A stretch of 64,000 nt of DNA from Alphaproteobacteria bacterium (GTDB lineage Bacteria > Pseudomonadota > Alphaproteobacteria > Rs-D84). How positions within the stretch are numbered: position 1 is the first letter of the stretch; each line of letters begins with the position of its first letter. Shown piece by piece: positions 37,703-48,562 of the stretch. Made by a program: the position numbers and the translations under genes. The notes beneath the pieces were generated by a model that had not been told where the DNA came from, did no database searches, and was given only the letters and a program-made list of their open reading frames with translations. The stretch lies in NCBI GenBank assembly GCA_029059055.1, contig JAIDWS010000035.1:8670-72669 (forward strand), given 5' to 3'.

Positions 37703-39406
37703 TTATTTTTTATCGTCCGACGGTGCAATCCGGGCGTAATTATTTGCCCGCATCGCATCCAGCAACGCATCAATTTTGTGTTCTGACACACCGACGTTTT
37801 CCAGCACCCCGTATGCCAAACGCAACGACGATTCAATGGTTTCCGGTTGTGCTTCGGTGACACCCTGGGCCATTAATTCTTTGCTTTCCGCCAGATTACG
37901 CGCACGGGCAAAAATCTTGACCCGCGGGGCAATGGCATGCACACATCGCACCGTGTTATGGGCCGTCGTTGAATTATCCAGTGCCACCACCACCGCGCGC
38001 GTTTTTCGCGGCACCAACCCGAAATCCCGCAGAACGGTTTCACTGCTGGTGTCGCCATAATAAACATTGTATCCGCGGTCGCGTCCAATCATCACCGCAT
38101 CCACATTCAAATCCAGCGCAACATAGCTGATTTTTTCCGCTTCCAACATCTGGGCGACGATTTGTCCCACGCGCCCAAATCCACAGATAATCACATCAGG
38201 CTTCTGCTGGGGCAGATTTTTATTCATCTGTTTCTGGCGCCAGTGTGAAAATAATTTCCCAGATTTTTGCAATCTGTCATATATCGCCAATAATATCGGC
38301 GTTGTAACCATCGACAGAATGATAATCGCGGTCAAAATTTCTTCGTGCAGAACGGGGATGGCATCGATTCCACTGTTCTTCATCGTCTGCAAAATCAGCA
38401 ATCCGAATTCCCCCCCCTGGGCCAGAATCAATGCAATCATTGCCGCATCCTGGGACAGCACCCCCCGCACCCGCGCCACGATGTAAATCGCCGCGAATTT
38501 CAAGAACACCAGCCCCATCAATCCCAACACCACAATCAGCCAGTTATCGACCAAGAACGGGATATTCAGCCCCATCCCCAACGACACAAAGAACAATGCG
38601 ATAAACATCATTGCATACGGCCCGATTTCCGCCCGAATCTGGTGGCGATAAATGGTTTCCGACAACAGCATCCCGCCCAAAAACGCCCCCAACGCCGGCG
38701 GCAATCCGACAAAATCCATCACGACCGCCCACACGATGATGTTCAACATGATGGCCAGTAAGAATGCTTCTTTGGATTTCAAACGTGCAACCATCCGCAT
38801 TACCGGGTTCAGAATCAATCGCGCGACAATCATCACCCCCAGAACCAGCCCCACCGACATGACCAACACATCGATAACCGCCGCCCCCAGATTAAATGAT
38901 TTTCCCGCCAACACCGGCAACATCGCCAGCAACGGAATCGCCAGCAAATCTTGGAACAATAATATGGAAAACGTCTGGCGTCCCATTGTGGTCGACAATT
39001 CATTACGGTCGGCCAACAACTGCAAATCTTCGGATGAACTGGACATCGCCAGAATCAGCGACACCATCACGCATCCCATAATGGTCCACGGCGTCAACCC
39101 GAACAACACCGGGAACAGCACCGCCGCCACCATCATCACCTGGGCGGCACCGAAACCGAAAATGGTATGCTTCATCTGCCACAATCGCTTGATATTCAAT
39201 TCCAGCCCGATATTAAACCACAGGAACATGATACCCAATTCCCCCAGGAACGTCCACGTATCGGTCAACTGGAACAAATTCATCAAATACGGCCCGGACA
39301 AAATCCCGGCGAACAAAAACGCCAACAACGTCCCCACCCGCGCCAAGCGTAAAACAAACACCAAAATAAATGCGATTCCAAAAAACGCCAAAACAGACAG
39401 CGGCAT
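37703..39406 (-). CDS. CPA2-family monovalent cation/H+ antiporter (KefB/KefC-like) with a C-terminal TrkA-N (RCK) domain
   Basis: About 12 TMs, then VIICGFGRVGQIVAQMLE Rossmann motif. Confidence 0.8.
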   Translation of the reverse strand: MPLSVLAFFGIAFILVFVLRLARVGTLLAFLFAGILSGPYLMNLFQLTDTWTFLGELGIMFLWFNIGLELNIKRLWQMKHTIFGFGAAQVMMVAAVLFPVLFGLTPWTIMGCVMVSLILAMSSSSEDLQLLADRNELSTTMGRQTFSILLFQDLLAIPLLAMLPVLAGKSFNLGAAVIDVLVMSVGLVLGVMIVARLILNPVMRMVARLKSKEAFLLAIMLNIIVWAVVMDFVGLPPALGAFLGGMLLSETIYRHQIRAEIGPYAMMFIALFFVSLGMGLNIPFLVDNWLIVVLGLMGLVFLKFAAIYIVARVRGVLSQDAAMIALILAQGGEFGLLILQTMKNSGIDAIPVLHEEILTAIIILSMVTTPILLAIYDRLQKSGKLFSHWRQKQMNKNLPQQKPDVIICGFGRVGQIVAQMLEAEKISYVALDLNVDAVMIGRDRGYNVYYGDTSSETVLRDFGLVPRKTRAVVVALDNSTTAHNTVRCVHAIAPRVKIFARARNLAESKELMAQGVTEAQPETIESSLRLAYGVLENVGVSEHKIDALLDAMRANNYARIAPSDDKK

Positions 39407-39445
39407 TATATCCCCCCTACTCTTGCCAATAAAATCTTGCTGGTA

Positions 39446-40282
39446 TTATACCAAAATATGCGCGGCCAGTTCAGCAAATTTTTCCGGCGATAATTCTTCG
39501 GCGCGTTCCATCCCCGTCAAACCAAATTGTTCCCAATCCACATTCGGGATAATACCGCGAATCATCTTGCGCCGCTGGCCGAATAACTTGGCCGTCATGG
39601 CCGAAATCCGCCGGATGTCACCGATACGCTGAATCTTGTCCATGTTCGGCGTAACCTGGACGATGGCCGATTCCACCTTGGGCCGCGGGACAAAGGCCGT
39701 CGACGGCACATCAAACAAAATATGCGCATCCGCAATCAATGACGTCAACACCCCCAGCCGCCCGTATTGTTTATCCCCGGGACGCGCGACGATACGCTGG
39801 GCAACTTCGCGTTGAAACATTAATGTCAATGATTGAATCCCGTGCCCATCGGTTTGCCCCGCCATTTTGTGCAGCCAATGAATGAATAATTCCGTCCCGA
39901 CATTATACGGCAAATTCGAACATATCGCATAATCGGTTAAATCAAATTGCGCGGTATCAACCTGTAACGCGTCACCAAAAACAATTTCCATGCGGCCCGA
40001 TGCACTGTCGGCGATACGCGTCAAAATGGGGGCGGTTGTTTTATCTTTTTCAATCACAATTAACCGCGGCGTTCCCGCCATCAACAATGCCCGCGTTAAT
40101 CCACCCGGGCCCGGCCCCACTTCGACCACAGGCATCTGTGCAATATTTGGCACACTGCGTGCGATACGCCCCGTCAGATTTAAATCAAATAAAAAATTTT
40201 GTCCCAATTGCTTTTTGGGTTCCAGTCCGCAATCACGCATCATTTCCGACACCGGCGGCAAAGATTCAATTGTGTATGTCAT
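39446..40282 (-). CDS. rsmA: 16S rRNA (adenine1518/1519-N6)-dimethyltransferase RsmA/KsgA
   Basis: LGQNFLFDLNLTGRIA..., VVEVGPGPGGLT, ...NLPYNVGT. Confidence 0.85.
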   Translation of the reverse strand: MTYTIESLPPVSEMMRDCGLEPKKQLGQNFLFDLNLTGRIARSVPNIAQMPVVEVGPGPGGLTRALLMAGTPRLIVIEKDKTTAPILTRIADSASGRMEIVFGDALQVDTAQFDLTDYAICSNLPYNVGTELFIHWLHKMAGQTDGHGIQSLTLMFQREVAQRIVARPGDKQYGRLGVLTSLIADAHILFDVPSTAFVPRPKVESAIVQVTPNMDKIQRIGDIRRISAMTAKLFGQRRKMIRGIIPNVDWEQFGLTGMERAEELSPEKFAELAAHILV

Positions 40283-40878
40283 AATGCCTTGCGCCCCCCG
40301 AACGCCAATGTCAACGTCCCGTCATCCAAATAATCCAAATCCCCGCCCAGCGGCACACCCGACGCCAGTTCGGAAAATGTCACCCCGTCACGCGCGCCGA
40401 CGACCGACATGACATAGTGCTGTGTTGTTTTTCCTTCGACTGTGTTAGGCAGGGCGAAAATAATTTCCGTAATATTTTCATCGGCCACGCGCCCCGGCAA
40501 AGACGCAATATTCAAATCATCGGGCGTGACGCCCGCCACACCGGACAATTGCCCCCCCAAAATATGATACCGCCCGCGGAACACGGCGGATTTTTCCAGT
40601 GTCCAAACATCGGCCAAATCGCGCACCACGGCAATCTGTCCGTTGGCACGCGCGGCATCGCGACAAAATTCACATCGCCCCGCCCCCACGTCTGTCAACA
40701 CCCCGCACACCGGACATGGCGCGATGGATTCGGCCGCATCATTTAATGCCGCCGCCAATGCCGCCGCGCGTCCCGATTTATCCTGTAACAGCCCCAGTGT
40801 GATACGCTGGGCCGCGCGATTACCGACACGGGGCAATTTGGCAAATTGTTTGATTAATTTTTCAATTTTCGGATTCAT
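40279..40878 (-). CDS. recR: Recombination protein RecR
   Basis: HhH N-terminus, C4 zinc finger CPVCGVLTD...CEFC, Toprim domain. Confidence 0.9.
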   Translation of the reverse strand: MNPKIEKLIKQFAKLPRVGNRAAQRITLGLLQDKSGRAAALAAALNDAAESIAPCPVCGVLTDVGAGRCEFCRDAARANGQIAVVRDLADVWTLEKSAVFRGRYHILGGQLSGVAGVTPDDLNIASLPGRVADENITEIIFALPNTVEGKTTQHYVMSVVGARDGVTFSELASGVPLGGDLDYLDDGTLTLAFGGRKAL

Positions 40879-40890
40879 GGTATAAAAACT

Positions 40891-42003
40891 TTAATGAAAG
40901 ATAAAACAATCGATACCGTTGGCCGATGCGTTGGCTTTCAAATTGGCCGCCGCACCGTCTGATAAATTATTCACGCGCACCCGGAACATTCCGTTCGGCG
41001 CCGGTTCAATTGTCGGCGTGACATTCAACGCCGCACGCACGCGCGCAATCTGGGTCTGGGCCGCGTCCCGCGATGCAAATGCCCCGAATTGAACACCCGC
41101 ATTTCCCGGCGTATGCGTTGTCGGGGGCGTCGTCACAGTTGATGCACGCACCGGCACATTTTGCGTTGGCGCCGCGGTTTTTGTGGATTGAACCGTTACC
41201 GGCGCGGTGCCGTTGTCCAACATGGCGAACCCCTTGTTCAACATGTTTGTCGACACAGCCGCCCGAACATCTTTGTTTTCCGCCCCCAACACCACCGATA
41301 TCAGACGACGGTTTCCCCGCTTGGCCGTGGCGACCAATGAATATTTGGATTTGTTGGTAAATCCGGTCTTCATCCCGTCACAGCCCGGATACGTTCCCAA
41401 CAACCGGTTACCGTTGGTATATGTTTTTCCGTTATACGTCCACGATTTGATGCCGAAATATTTCCAATATTGCGGAAAATGTTTATACACCGCCATCGAC
41501 AATAATGCGATGTCCCGGGCGGTTGACATCTGGTCATCGTTGGGCAACCCGGATGAATTTTCAAAGTGCGTTTTGGCCAATCCGATTTCGGTGGCGACGC
41601 GCGTCATCAGTGATGCAAAGTTCCCTTCTTTGCCACCCTTTAAATTTTCGGCCAACACGCGTGCGACATCATTCGCACTTAACACTGCGACGGCCTTAAT
41701 CGCGTCTTCGACGGTGATTTTGCTGCCCGCGGCCAGCCCCAGTTTAACCGGCGACGCGTTTGCCGCCGATTGCGACACAATCAGATAATCATCCAGATGT
41801 AACCGTCCATGTTCCAACGCATCAAACGTCAGATACAACGTCATAATTTTGGTAAGACTTGCCGGGTAATTCAAATCGCCCGCATTTTCAGAATACAGCA
41901 CACGCCCCGTATCCATATCGGCAACCAATGCCGCGCGATATCCACCGGCATTTGCCACCCCACACAGGCATATTAATAAAAAGGATACGATGCCAAATCT
42001 CAT
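40891..42003 (-). CDS. D-alanyl-D-alanine carboxypeptidase (PBP5/DacC-like) with a C-terminal SPOR domain
   Basis: SLTKIMT (SxxK), SGN, KTG motifs; C-terminal ...FRVRVNNLSDGAAANLKANASANGIDCFIFH. Confidence 0.8.
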   Translation of the reverse strand: MRFGIVSFLLICLCGVANAGGYRAALVADMDTGRVLYSENAGDLNYPASLTKIMTLYLTFDALEHGRLHLDDYLIVSQSAANASPVKLGLAAGSKITVEDAIKAVAVLSANDVARVLAENLKGGKEGNFASLMTRVATEIGLAKTHFENSSGLPNDDQMSTARDIALLSMAVYKHFPQYWKYFGIKSWTYNGKTYTNGNRLLGTYPGCDGMKTGFTNKSKYSLVATAKRGNRRLISVVLGAENKDVRAAVSTNMLNKGFAMLDNGTAPVTVQSTKTAAPTQNVPVRASTVTTPPTTHTPGNAGVQFGAFASRDAAQTQIARVRAALNVTPTIEPAPNGMFRVRVNNLSDGAAANLKANASANGIDCFIFH

Positions 42004-42069
42004 ACCCGAAATAATACAAAAAATCCGCCCCCATGGTCAAGGGCGGATATCATCTGTAACGCTGTCAAA

Positions 42070-43440
42070 TTATCCCAATTTGCGCAGGGAAATTTTTTCA
42101 CCGTCAACAATGACCAGAATCCCAGATTCCAGACCGAACCATTTGGCGGCGGCGATGGCATCTTTGGATTCGAACATCTGTTCGTTGCACACGGAAAATA
42201 CACCGCGCGACAGACACAGCTGGTTTGCAACAACCGCTTCGCGGGCAACGGCATAGACCGGCACATCCGGACGACGGCACGAAATCCATGTGGCCGCGCG
42301 GGTATCGGTTGCGAATACAACAATCGCCGCGGCTTTGTTCAATTCCGCCATCAATGTGACCGACAACGCCCAGTCATTTTCCGGCAATTCTTCGGCATCG
42401 GACCAATCCTGGCCGTTTTCGATGGAATCTTCGTCGGCATGCTTCAATACCTTGGCCATGGTTTCGACCACGAACGCCGGGTTATTGCTGATGGTTGTTT
42501 CTTCGGATGTCATTGTGGAATCAACATGCAGATATGCGGCGGTCGCGATATCGGAAATTTCCGCACGGGTCGGGAATTCACTGCTGACCATCGACCCCAG
42601 CATCTGTGTCGCCATGATAACCGGTTTGTTCTTTTCACGGCACAGACGGATAATACGACGGGAAATGGCCGGGACCTGTTCGAACGGCACTTCGACCGCC
42701 AAATCACCACGGGCAATCATGATACCGTCGGCAACATCGACGATGGCATCGATTTTTTCGACCGCCTGGGGGCGTTCGATTTTCGCGATGATTTTAACCG
42801 GGTGCGATGTACGGGCCTGGATAAATTCACGTGTTTCGATAACATCTTCGGGTTTCTGGACGAACGAAATCGCAACAAAGTCCGGATTTTTGGTCAAAAC
42901 ATATTCCAAATCCGCGCGGTCTTTGGCGGTCAGAACCGATGTCGCAACTTCTGTATCCGGCAAATTGAACCCGCGGCGGGACCAGATTTCGGTACCACGA
43001 ACAACGGTTGCTTCGATGCTGTCGGAATTAACCTTTTCCACTTTCATTTCAATTTTACCGTCGTTCAGCAAAACGCGGTCACCCGGTTTCAACGAATGAA
43101 TAACATCCATATCCGGCAACTGAACACGGTTGGAATTACCCGGTGTCGGGTCGTTGTCAAAGACAAACTTTTGCCCGGCGACGATGGGGAATTTATCTTC
43201 TGTTTCAAAGACACCAATGCGGTGTTTCGGGCCCTGCAAATCGGCCAGAACCGCAACCGGTTTGCCGGTTTCTGCGGAAATTTCACGGATAAAGTCGATT
43301 TTTTTACCCTGGGCATCACCAACGTCATGGCTAAAATTCAGACGGCATACATTAACGCCGGCATCAATCATTTTAGACAAGACTTCTTTGCTTTCGCTGT
43401 TCGGTCCAATGGACGAAGTGATTTTTGTAAATTTTTTCAT
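42070..43440 (-). CDS. pyk: Pyruvate kinase
   Basis: Start MKKFTKITSSIGP...; ...MVARGDLGVE-like motif; full length. Confidence 0.9.
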   Translation of the reverse strand: MKKFTKITSSIGPNSESKEVLSKMIDAGVNVCRLNFSHDVGDAQGKKIDFIREISAETGKPVAVLADLQGPKHRIGVFETEDKFPIVAGQKFVFDNDPTPGNSNRVQLPDMDVIHSLKPGDRVLLNDGKIEMKVEKVNSDSIEATVVRGTEIWSRRGFNLPDTEVATSVLTAKDRADLEYVLTKNPDFVAISFVQKPEDVIETREFIQARTSHPVKIIAKIERPQAVEKIDAIVDVADGIMIARGDLAVEVPFEQVPAISRRIIRLCREKNKPVIMATQMLGSMVSSEFPTRAEISDIATAAYLHVDSTMTSEETTISNNPAFVVETMAKVLKHADEDSIENGQDWSDAEELPENDWALSVTLMAELNKAAAIVVFATDTRAATWISCRRPDVPVYAVAREAVVANQLCLSRGVFSVCNEQMFESKDAIAAAKWFGLESGILVIVDGEKISLRKLG

Positions 43441-43505
43441 TTTTGTTTCCTTGATTTTTGCGTTTATTGATATATCATAAAGTTTTGAAATAAACAAGGG
43501 GAAAC

Positions 43506-43760
43506 TTGATGATGAAAAATCCAAATCATGGCGCCATTGACAACGAACAATTGGTCAGCATTATTGAACGCATTGAAAAATTGAACGAAGACACTGCGGC
43601 CATTGCGGCAGATATCAAGGAAATTTACAGCGAAGCCAAAAGCGCCGGTTTTGACCCGAAATACATCCGCCAGATGATACGCCTGCGCAAGCTGGACCCG
43701 GATGAATTGGACGAAGCGGACGAATTAACCAAAATGTACCGCAACGCGTTGGGGATTTAA
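43506..43760 (+). CDS. gapR: GapR/DUF2312 (UPF0335) nucleoid-associated protein
   Basis: LVSIIERIEKLNEDTAAIAADIKEIYSEAKSAGFDPKYIRQMIRLRKLDPDE matches the family consensus. Confidence 0.8.
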   Translation: MMMKNPNHGAIDNEQLVSIIERIEKLNEDTAAIAADIKEIYSEAKSAGFDPKYIRQMIRLRKLDPDELDEADELTKMYRNALGI

Positions 43761-44074
43761 TGAAATCTTTTACCCGTAAAATCGAAGATTTTGACTGCGC
43801 CCATTGCGGCGCAGTCGTTCATGGCAACGGATACACCAATCATTGCCCAAACTGTCTGTGGTCGCGCCACGTGGATAACAATCCGGGCGACCGGGCGGCG
43901 ACGTGCCACGGCATGATGCCCCCCATTGGTGTGGAACGTGAATCCGACCATTTTATCATCACGCACAAATGTGAAAAGTGTGGCAAATTAAAACGCCAAC
44001 GAACCACCGATGCCGACAACATCGACGCCATTATCGCATTAATGGCAAACCCATCTTTTATCTTTGGCAAATAA
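43760..44074 (+). CDS. RNHCP-domain zinc-finger protein
   Basis: CAHCG...YTNHCPNCLWSRH...HKCEKCG. Confidence 0.5.
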   Translation: MKSFTRKIEDFDCAHCGAVVHGNGYTNHCPNCLWSRHVDNNPGDRAATCHGMMPPIGVERESDHFIITHKCEKCGKLKRQRTTDADNIDAIIALMANPSFIFGK

Positions 44075-44077
44075 TCA

Positions 44078-46069
44078 TTGCGAATGCGTGGTATAAATTC
44101 CTATACTCTATCCATGCGGGAATTTATCAGCGAACAGTTTGCAAACCGGTTCTTGTGGACGCCATTCTTGATGGCGTTTGGTGCGGCGTTGTATTTTGCC
44201 ATGGGCACCGAACCCGTCATTCCCGGGATGGGCATTATGGCTGCGATACTGTTTGCGGCCGCGTTTGTTTCGCGCATACCGCTGATTCTGCGCGGGATGT
44301 TTCTGTTCGCATTTGGATTCTGCTATGCGGCGGCATTTACACATGTTATCGACACACCGCAAATTTCACGCAATTTGCGTGACCTGGATATTTCCGGAAC
44401 AATCACCAAAATTGAATATACAGATACCAAGACGCGTGTCCATATTCGCATCCCGGCCAATTTGATTAACCGCGATATGCCGCAACACCGCCACGCAAAC
44501 ATCCGCGTATCAATGTCTGAAATGCCAACGCCCATCCATATCGGCGATATCATTGATGCGCGCGTTTCACTGTTTCGACCGGCCGGCGCATATATGCCCG
44601 AAACATTTGATTATGCACGTTGGACGTATTTCAACAGATTGTCCGCAACCGGTTTTGTTCAAAATTATACCGTTACCCCAACCCAGACCCGCAATATCAA
44701 CACGATGCGTGATGCGATTCACAACCATGCGCATTCGTTTTTGTCCGACACACTGGTTCTGGGATATAAATCGGCATTACCGGATGACGACCGCACCATT
44801 TGGACGACAAACGGTGTGGGTCATGTTTGGTCCATCAGTGGATTTCACATGACATTGGTGTCGGGATGGTTATTTGCGTTTTTCTATTTAATCTTTCGCA
44901 TGATATCACCATTGACCCGGCGCGTACCGGCCCGCATCCCCGCCATGATTTGCGCATGGGTGGGATTGCTGTTTTATCTGTTTCTGTCGGGTGGCGGAAT
45001 TGCAACCATCCGTGCATTTATGATGACCAGTTTAATCTTTGCGGCATTTGTCAGTGGCCGCGAAGCCCTGTCGATGCGAAACATATGCCTGGCATTTTGT
45101 CTGATATTTCTGATAAATCCGCACTATGTCATGCAACCGGGATTTCAATTATCATTTTCCGCCGTGTTTGGATTGATTTGGTATTTTCGCGACACCACGT
45201 ATCAAAAACGCACATTGCCCCAGAAAATCAGACGCGCCATTTGTGCCGCGGCCATGACATCGGTCATCGCCACGATTTTCACCATGCCGTTTGTCGCCGC
45301 CCACTTTTATCAAATACCGACATATTCACTGATTGGCAACCTGATACTGTTGCCGGTGTTTTCCGTGATGATTATGCCACTGGTCATGGTGGGGACGTTA
45401 ACCGCAACATTGGGATGGACCGGCCCGTTGGTTTTGGCGGAAATGATTTACAACGTTGTGTTGGTGGTGGCGACCCGGATTGCGTCATTGCCGTTTGCCA
45501 CCATATTGACACCGCATGTGCCAAACAGTGCGATTGTATTCATGATATTGGGATTTTTGTGTCTGATGTTTATCCGCGCATCACGCCCCAGAATCAATTA
45601 CATATTATGCGCGACATGTATCGGTGTCGGCATGGGTATCACCGCATTAACACCGCGCCCGATATTCTATGCAACGGCCGACCATGAATTGATTGGATTT
45701 GTGGCGGCGGATGGTAAACTGGAATTTAACAAATCGCGCGCATCCAATCATTTCTTTGCGTTCGACACGTGGAAGCAAATAAATATCGAACCGCCCCGCA
45801 CACCAAACCGTCGGCGTAAATGCGTACATGGTGTTTGCAAATTTGAAACTGAAAATTGGATACTGGCATATACCCAGAAATTTGTACCGACGATGAATAA
45901 TATTGTTCAATTTTGTCGCGACCCGTCAATTGATTACATCGTGTCATATTTTGATATCGATGCACCGCACTGTAACCATAAAATTCTGCGGGGCGGATTT
46001 GCGATTTATAAATCCGGTCGCGTGCGCCATGTGACTATGCGTCGTCCGTGGCATAATCCGCGCCGATAA
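44078..46069 (+). CDS. comEC: ComEC/Rec2-family DNA-internalisation membrane protein (no C-terminal beta-lactamase domain)
   Basis: Polytopic; ...VGHVWSISGFHMTLVSGWLF... competence-domain signature. Confidence 0.7.
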   Translation: MRMRGINSYTLSMREFISEQFANRFLWTPFLMAFGAALYFAMGTEPVIPGMGIMAAILFAAAFVSRIPLILRGMFLFAFGFCYAAAFTHVIDTPQISRNLRDLDISGTITKIEYTDTKTRVHIRIPANLINRDMPQHRHANIRVSMSEMPTPIHIGDIIDARVSLFRPAGAYMPETFDYARWTYFNRLSATGFVQNYTVTPTQTRNINTMRDAIHNHAHSFLSDTLVLGYKSALPDDDRTIWTTNGVGHVWSISGFHMTLVSGWLFAFFYLIFRMISPLTRRVPARIPAMICAWVGLLFYLFLSGGGIATIRAFMMTSLIFAAFVSGREALSMRNICLAFCLIFLINPHYVMQPGFQLSFSAVFGLIWYFRDTTYQKRTLPQKIRRAICAAAMTSVIATIFTMPFVAAHFYQIPTYSLIGNLILLPVFSVMIMPLVMVGTLTATLGWTGPLVLAEMIYNVVLVVATRIASLPFATILTPHVPNSAIVFMILGFLCLMFIRASRPRINYILCATCIGVGMGITALTPRPIFYATADHELIGFVAADGKLEFNKSRASNHFFAFDTWKQINIEPPRTPNRRRKCVHGVCKFETENWILAYTQKFVPTMNNIVQFCRDPSIDYIVSYFDIDAPHCNHKILRGGFAIYKSGRVRHVTMRRPWHNPRR

Positions 46070-46781
46070 AATACAGCCCCGATGCCGGCGCCGTCGGGCC
46101 GGCCGCACTGCGCGCACGTGCGGCAAAGATATCATCAATATCGTACGGTTTGCCCAGACCAATTTCCACCAACGTTCCAACCATATTGCGCACCATGTGG
46201 TGCAGGAAAGATTGTGCGGAAAATTCAAAAATAATTTCATCCCCCCGACGCGTTACGCGGGCAACATCCAATGTTTTCATGGGGCTTTTCGCCTGGCATC
46301 CGGTGGCACGAAAACTGGTAAAATCATGCGCGCCAACCAACCGCGCGGCCGCACGCGCCATCGCATCCAAATCCAGCGCACGCGGCACCCACCACACACG
46401 GTCTTTGTTCAATACCGCCGGCGCACGACGATTTAACACAACGTATTTGTAATGACGACCGCGGCATGAAAACCGCGCATGAAAATCATCCGATACCACA
46501 CGGCATTCCAAGACCGCCACCGGTTTATCCGCCAGATAAAAATTCATTGCCCGCATGACCGTATCCGCCGCCGGCGCGCCATCCAAATCGACATGCGCAA
46601 CCATGGCGACCGCATGCACACCCGCATCCGTGCGGCCCGCCGCAACAACGTCTGTATCTTGGCCACAGAAGCTTTTGATTGCATCCTGTAACAACGATTG
46701 GACGGATGGCCCCTGGCGGTTTTGCTGCCACCCGATTAAATCCGTTCCATCGTATTCCAAAATTAATTTATATCGCGTCAT
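46035..46781 (-). CDS. truA: tRNA pseudouridine(38-40) synthase TruA
   Basis: YKLILEYDGTDLIGWQ...GRTDAGVHA catalytic Asp motif. Confidence 0.9.
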   Translation of the reverse strand: MTRYKLILEYDGTDLIGWQQNRQGPSVQSLLQDAIKSFCGQDTDVVAAGRTDAGVHAVAMVAHVDLDGAPAADTVMRAMNFYLADKPVAVLECRVVSDDFHARFSCRGRHYKYVVLNRRAPAVLNKDRVWWVPRALDLDAMARAAARLVGAHDFTSFRATGCQAKSPMKTLDVARVTRRGDEIIFEFSAQSFLHHMVRNMVGTLVEIGLGKPYDIDDIFAARARSAAGPTAPASGLYFIGADYATDDA

Positions 46782-47210
46782 TTATTTGGTCTTTGGTTGA
46801 TGTTCCTGGCACAATTGGCACACCGTCTTTGCAAAGATATCCTGTACCCGGTCGACCAGGGCACGATATTGACTGCATGTGTGACAATGCCCACCCGGAC
46901 ATCCGATACAATCACATTTACCGTTGTCGTTATGGGTGCTGTTGACAACATGCGCATGCCACAGACCGCACAACCGGGTTTCATTGGGCTGCATTTAACG
47001 CGTCCTTTCGTTCAATTTCTTGCGCAGGGCAATCTTGTGACACGTATCTGTCGGCATAACCGGGCGCGGTCCCCAAAAGACCATACGCAACCACGATACG
47101 TCGCAACAATATAATTTTCCCGTATTATAGTCGCGCGTGCTGCTTTCGCAATTTTGACAAATTTTTTTCTGCTGGCCACAACATGCCAACATTTCACCAT
47201 CTTGTTCCAT
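46782..47210 (-). pseudogene. Cys-rich reading frame split by an in-frame TAA (46995-46997), giving two ~70-aa ORFs with CxxC motifs; possible nonsense-disrupted gene or a coupled gene pair
   Basis: ORFs 46995..47210 and 46782..46994 share a frame and are separated only by TAA followed directly by ATG. Confidence 0.3.
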
Positions 47211-47213
47211 ATG

Positions 47214-48020
47214 TTATTCCCCTATTTTTATATCTGCGCCACGCTGGCCATTGACAAAGCTTTTCCAATCCATCGGCTTTTTCCCGGCGGGCTGGATGGT
47301 CAAAATGTCCAATTTTCCATCATGGACGCGCGTCTGCAAAATCTTGACATCCATGCCGTTAATTTTCGTCCGCCCCGCCCCCAGCGCACGTACCTGGTTA
47401 TGAATATCGCGGGCGCTGCGCGTCCAATCAATGATTTCATCCGCCCCGGCAAATTTACGTGTAAATGTCACATCCCCCGATTGCGGCACCGGCGGAAAAT
47501 CCCCGGGCCGGGACAAATATTCGATTAACATTTCCGCCCCGATTTCCGACACACGGCGTTCGACATCTGCGTTGGTATCGTTTTCGCCGATATCAAACGC
47601 GCGCCGCATATATACATCACCTGCATCCATTTCGGCGGTCACCTGCATCAAGCAAACTGCCGATGACGCATCCCCGTTGAATATGGCGGTCCGTATCGGT
47701 GACGGCCCACGGTATTGGGGCAAAGAACTGGGGTGAATATTCACGCACGGCGCCGATTTCAAAACATTGTCGCGCAATATCACGCCATACGACACCACGA
47801 CAATCATGTCGGGATTGTAATTATATTCACCGATATTGGTATGCACATTCAACCCATGCGCATCGGCCCATTGATGCACCGGTGACGGGGTCAAGACTTG
47901 CTTGCGCCCGACCGGTTTTGGCGCACGGGTAAACACCGCGACAATTTCATGCCCGGCCGTCCGCACCGCATCAAAAATCGGCACGACAAAATCGTTTGTC
48001 CCCATTAAAACCAGTTTCAT
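47214..48020 (-). CDS. fmt: Methionyl-tRNA formyltransferase
   Basis: MKLVLMGTNDFVVPIF..., ...NIHPSSLPQYRGPSPI... Confidence 0.9.
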   Translation of the reverse strand: MKLVLMGTNDFVVPIFDAVRTAGHEIVAVFTRAPKPVGRKQVLTPSPVHQWADAHGLNVHTNIGEYNYNPDMIVVVSYGVILRDNVLKSAPCVNIHPSSLPQYRGPSPIRTAIFNGDASSAVCLMQVTAEMDAGDVYMRRAFDIGENDTNADVERRVSEIGAEMLIEYLSRPGDFPPVPQSGDVTFTRKFAGADEIIDWTRSARDIHNQVRALGAGRTKINGMDVKILQTRVHDGKLDILTIQPAGKKPMDWKSFVNGQRGADIKIGE

Positions 48021-48523
48021 GATTTTCTTCTCCGCACTTTGCGCATTAACATTTCCCGCTTAATCGGGGACAGATAATCGATAAACAGTTTTCCATCCAA
48101 ATGGTCTGTTTCATGTTGCACAATACGTGCCGGCAATCCGGACATCTGGGCGCGCATTTTTTTACCGGTTTCATCCGTCCATTCAACATCAACAGATTTT
48201 GGGCGCACCACATTGGAATACACCGGCAAATTATCGGCGCCCAATACGGACAGGCATCCTTCTTCCATGACGCATGTATCGCCGCTGCGCGCAGTGATGA
48301 CGGGATTTAACATTTTGAACACCGTATTGCTGTCGGGGTCCATCATGACCAAGAACCGCTGTAATAATCCCACCTGGGGGGCGGCCAACCCGACCCCGTT
48401 TTGGGCATGCATCATACGCACCATTTCATCCATCGCGTCCAAGATTTCCGGGGTGATTTTTTCAACCGGCGCACAGACCGACCGCAACACCAAATCCCCA
48501 CAAAGTTTCATTTGCAACATCAA
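48017..48523 (-). CDS. def: Peptide deformylase
   Basis: GVGLAAPQVG, EGCLS, HETDHLDG motifs. Confidence 0.9.
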   Translation of the reverse strand: MMLQMKLCGDLVLRSVCAPVEKITPEILDAMDEMVRMMHAQNGVGLAAPQVGLLQRFLVMMDPDSNTVFKMLNPVITARSGDTCVMEEGCLSVLGADNLPVYSNVVRPKSVDVEWTDETGKKMRAQMSGLPARIVQHETDHLDGKLFIDYLSPIKREMLMRKVRRRKS

Positions 48524-48562
48524 TAATTCCTTTTATAATGGATTTTATCAAAGGATTGGGAA

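Noticed and set aside
46992-46997. Possible selenocysteine (TGA) recoding joining the two Cys-rich ORFs
   Set aside because: The in-frame stop is TAA (plus strand tta at 46995-46997), not TGA, and no SECIS-like hairpin was evident.
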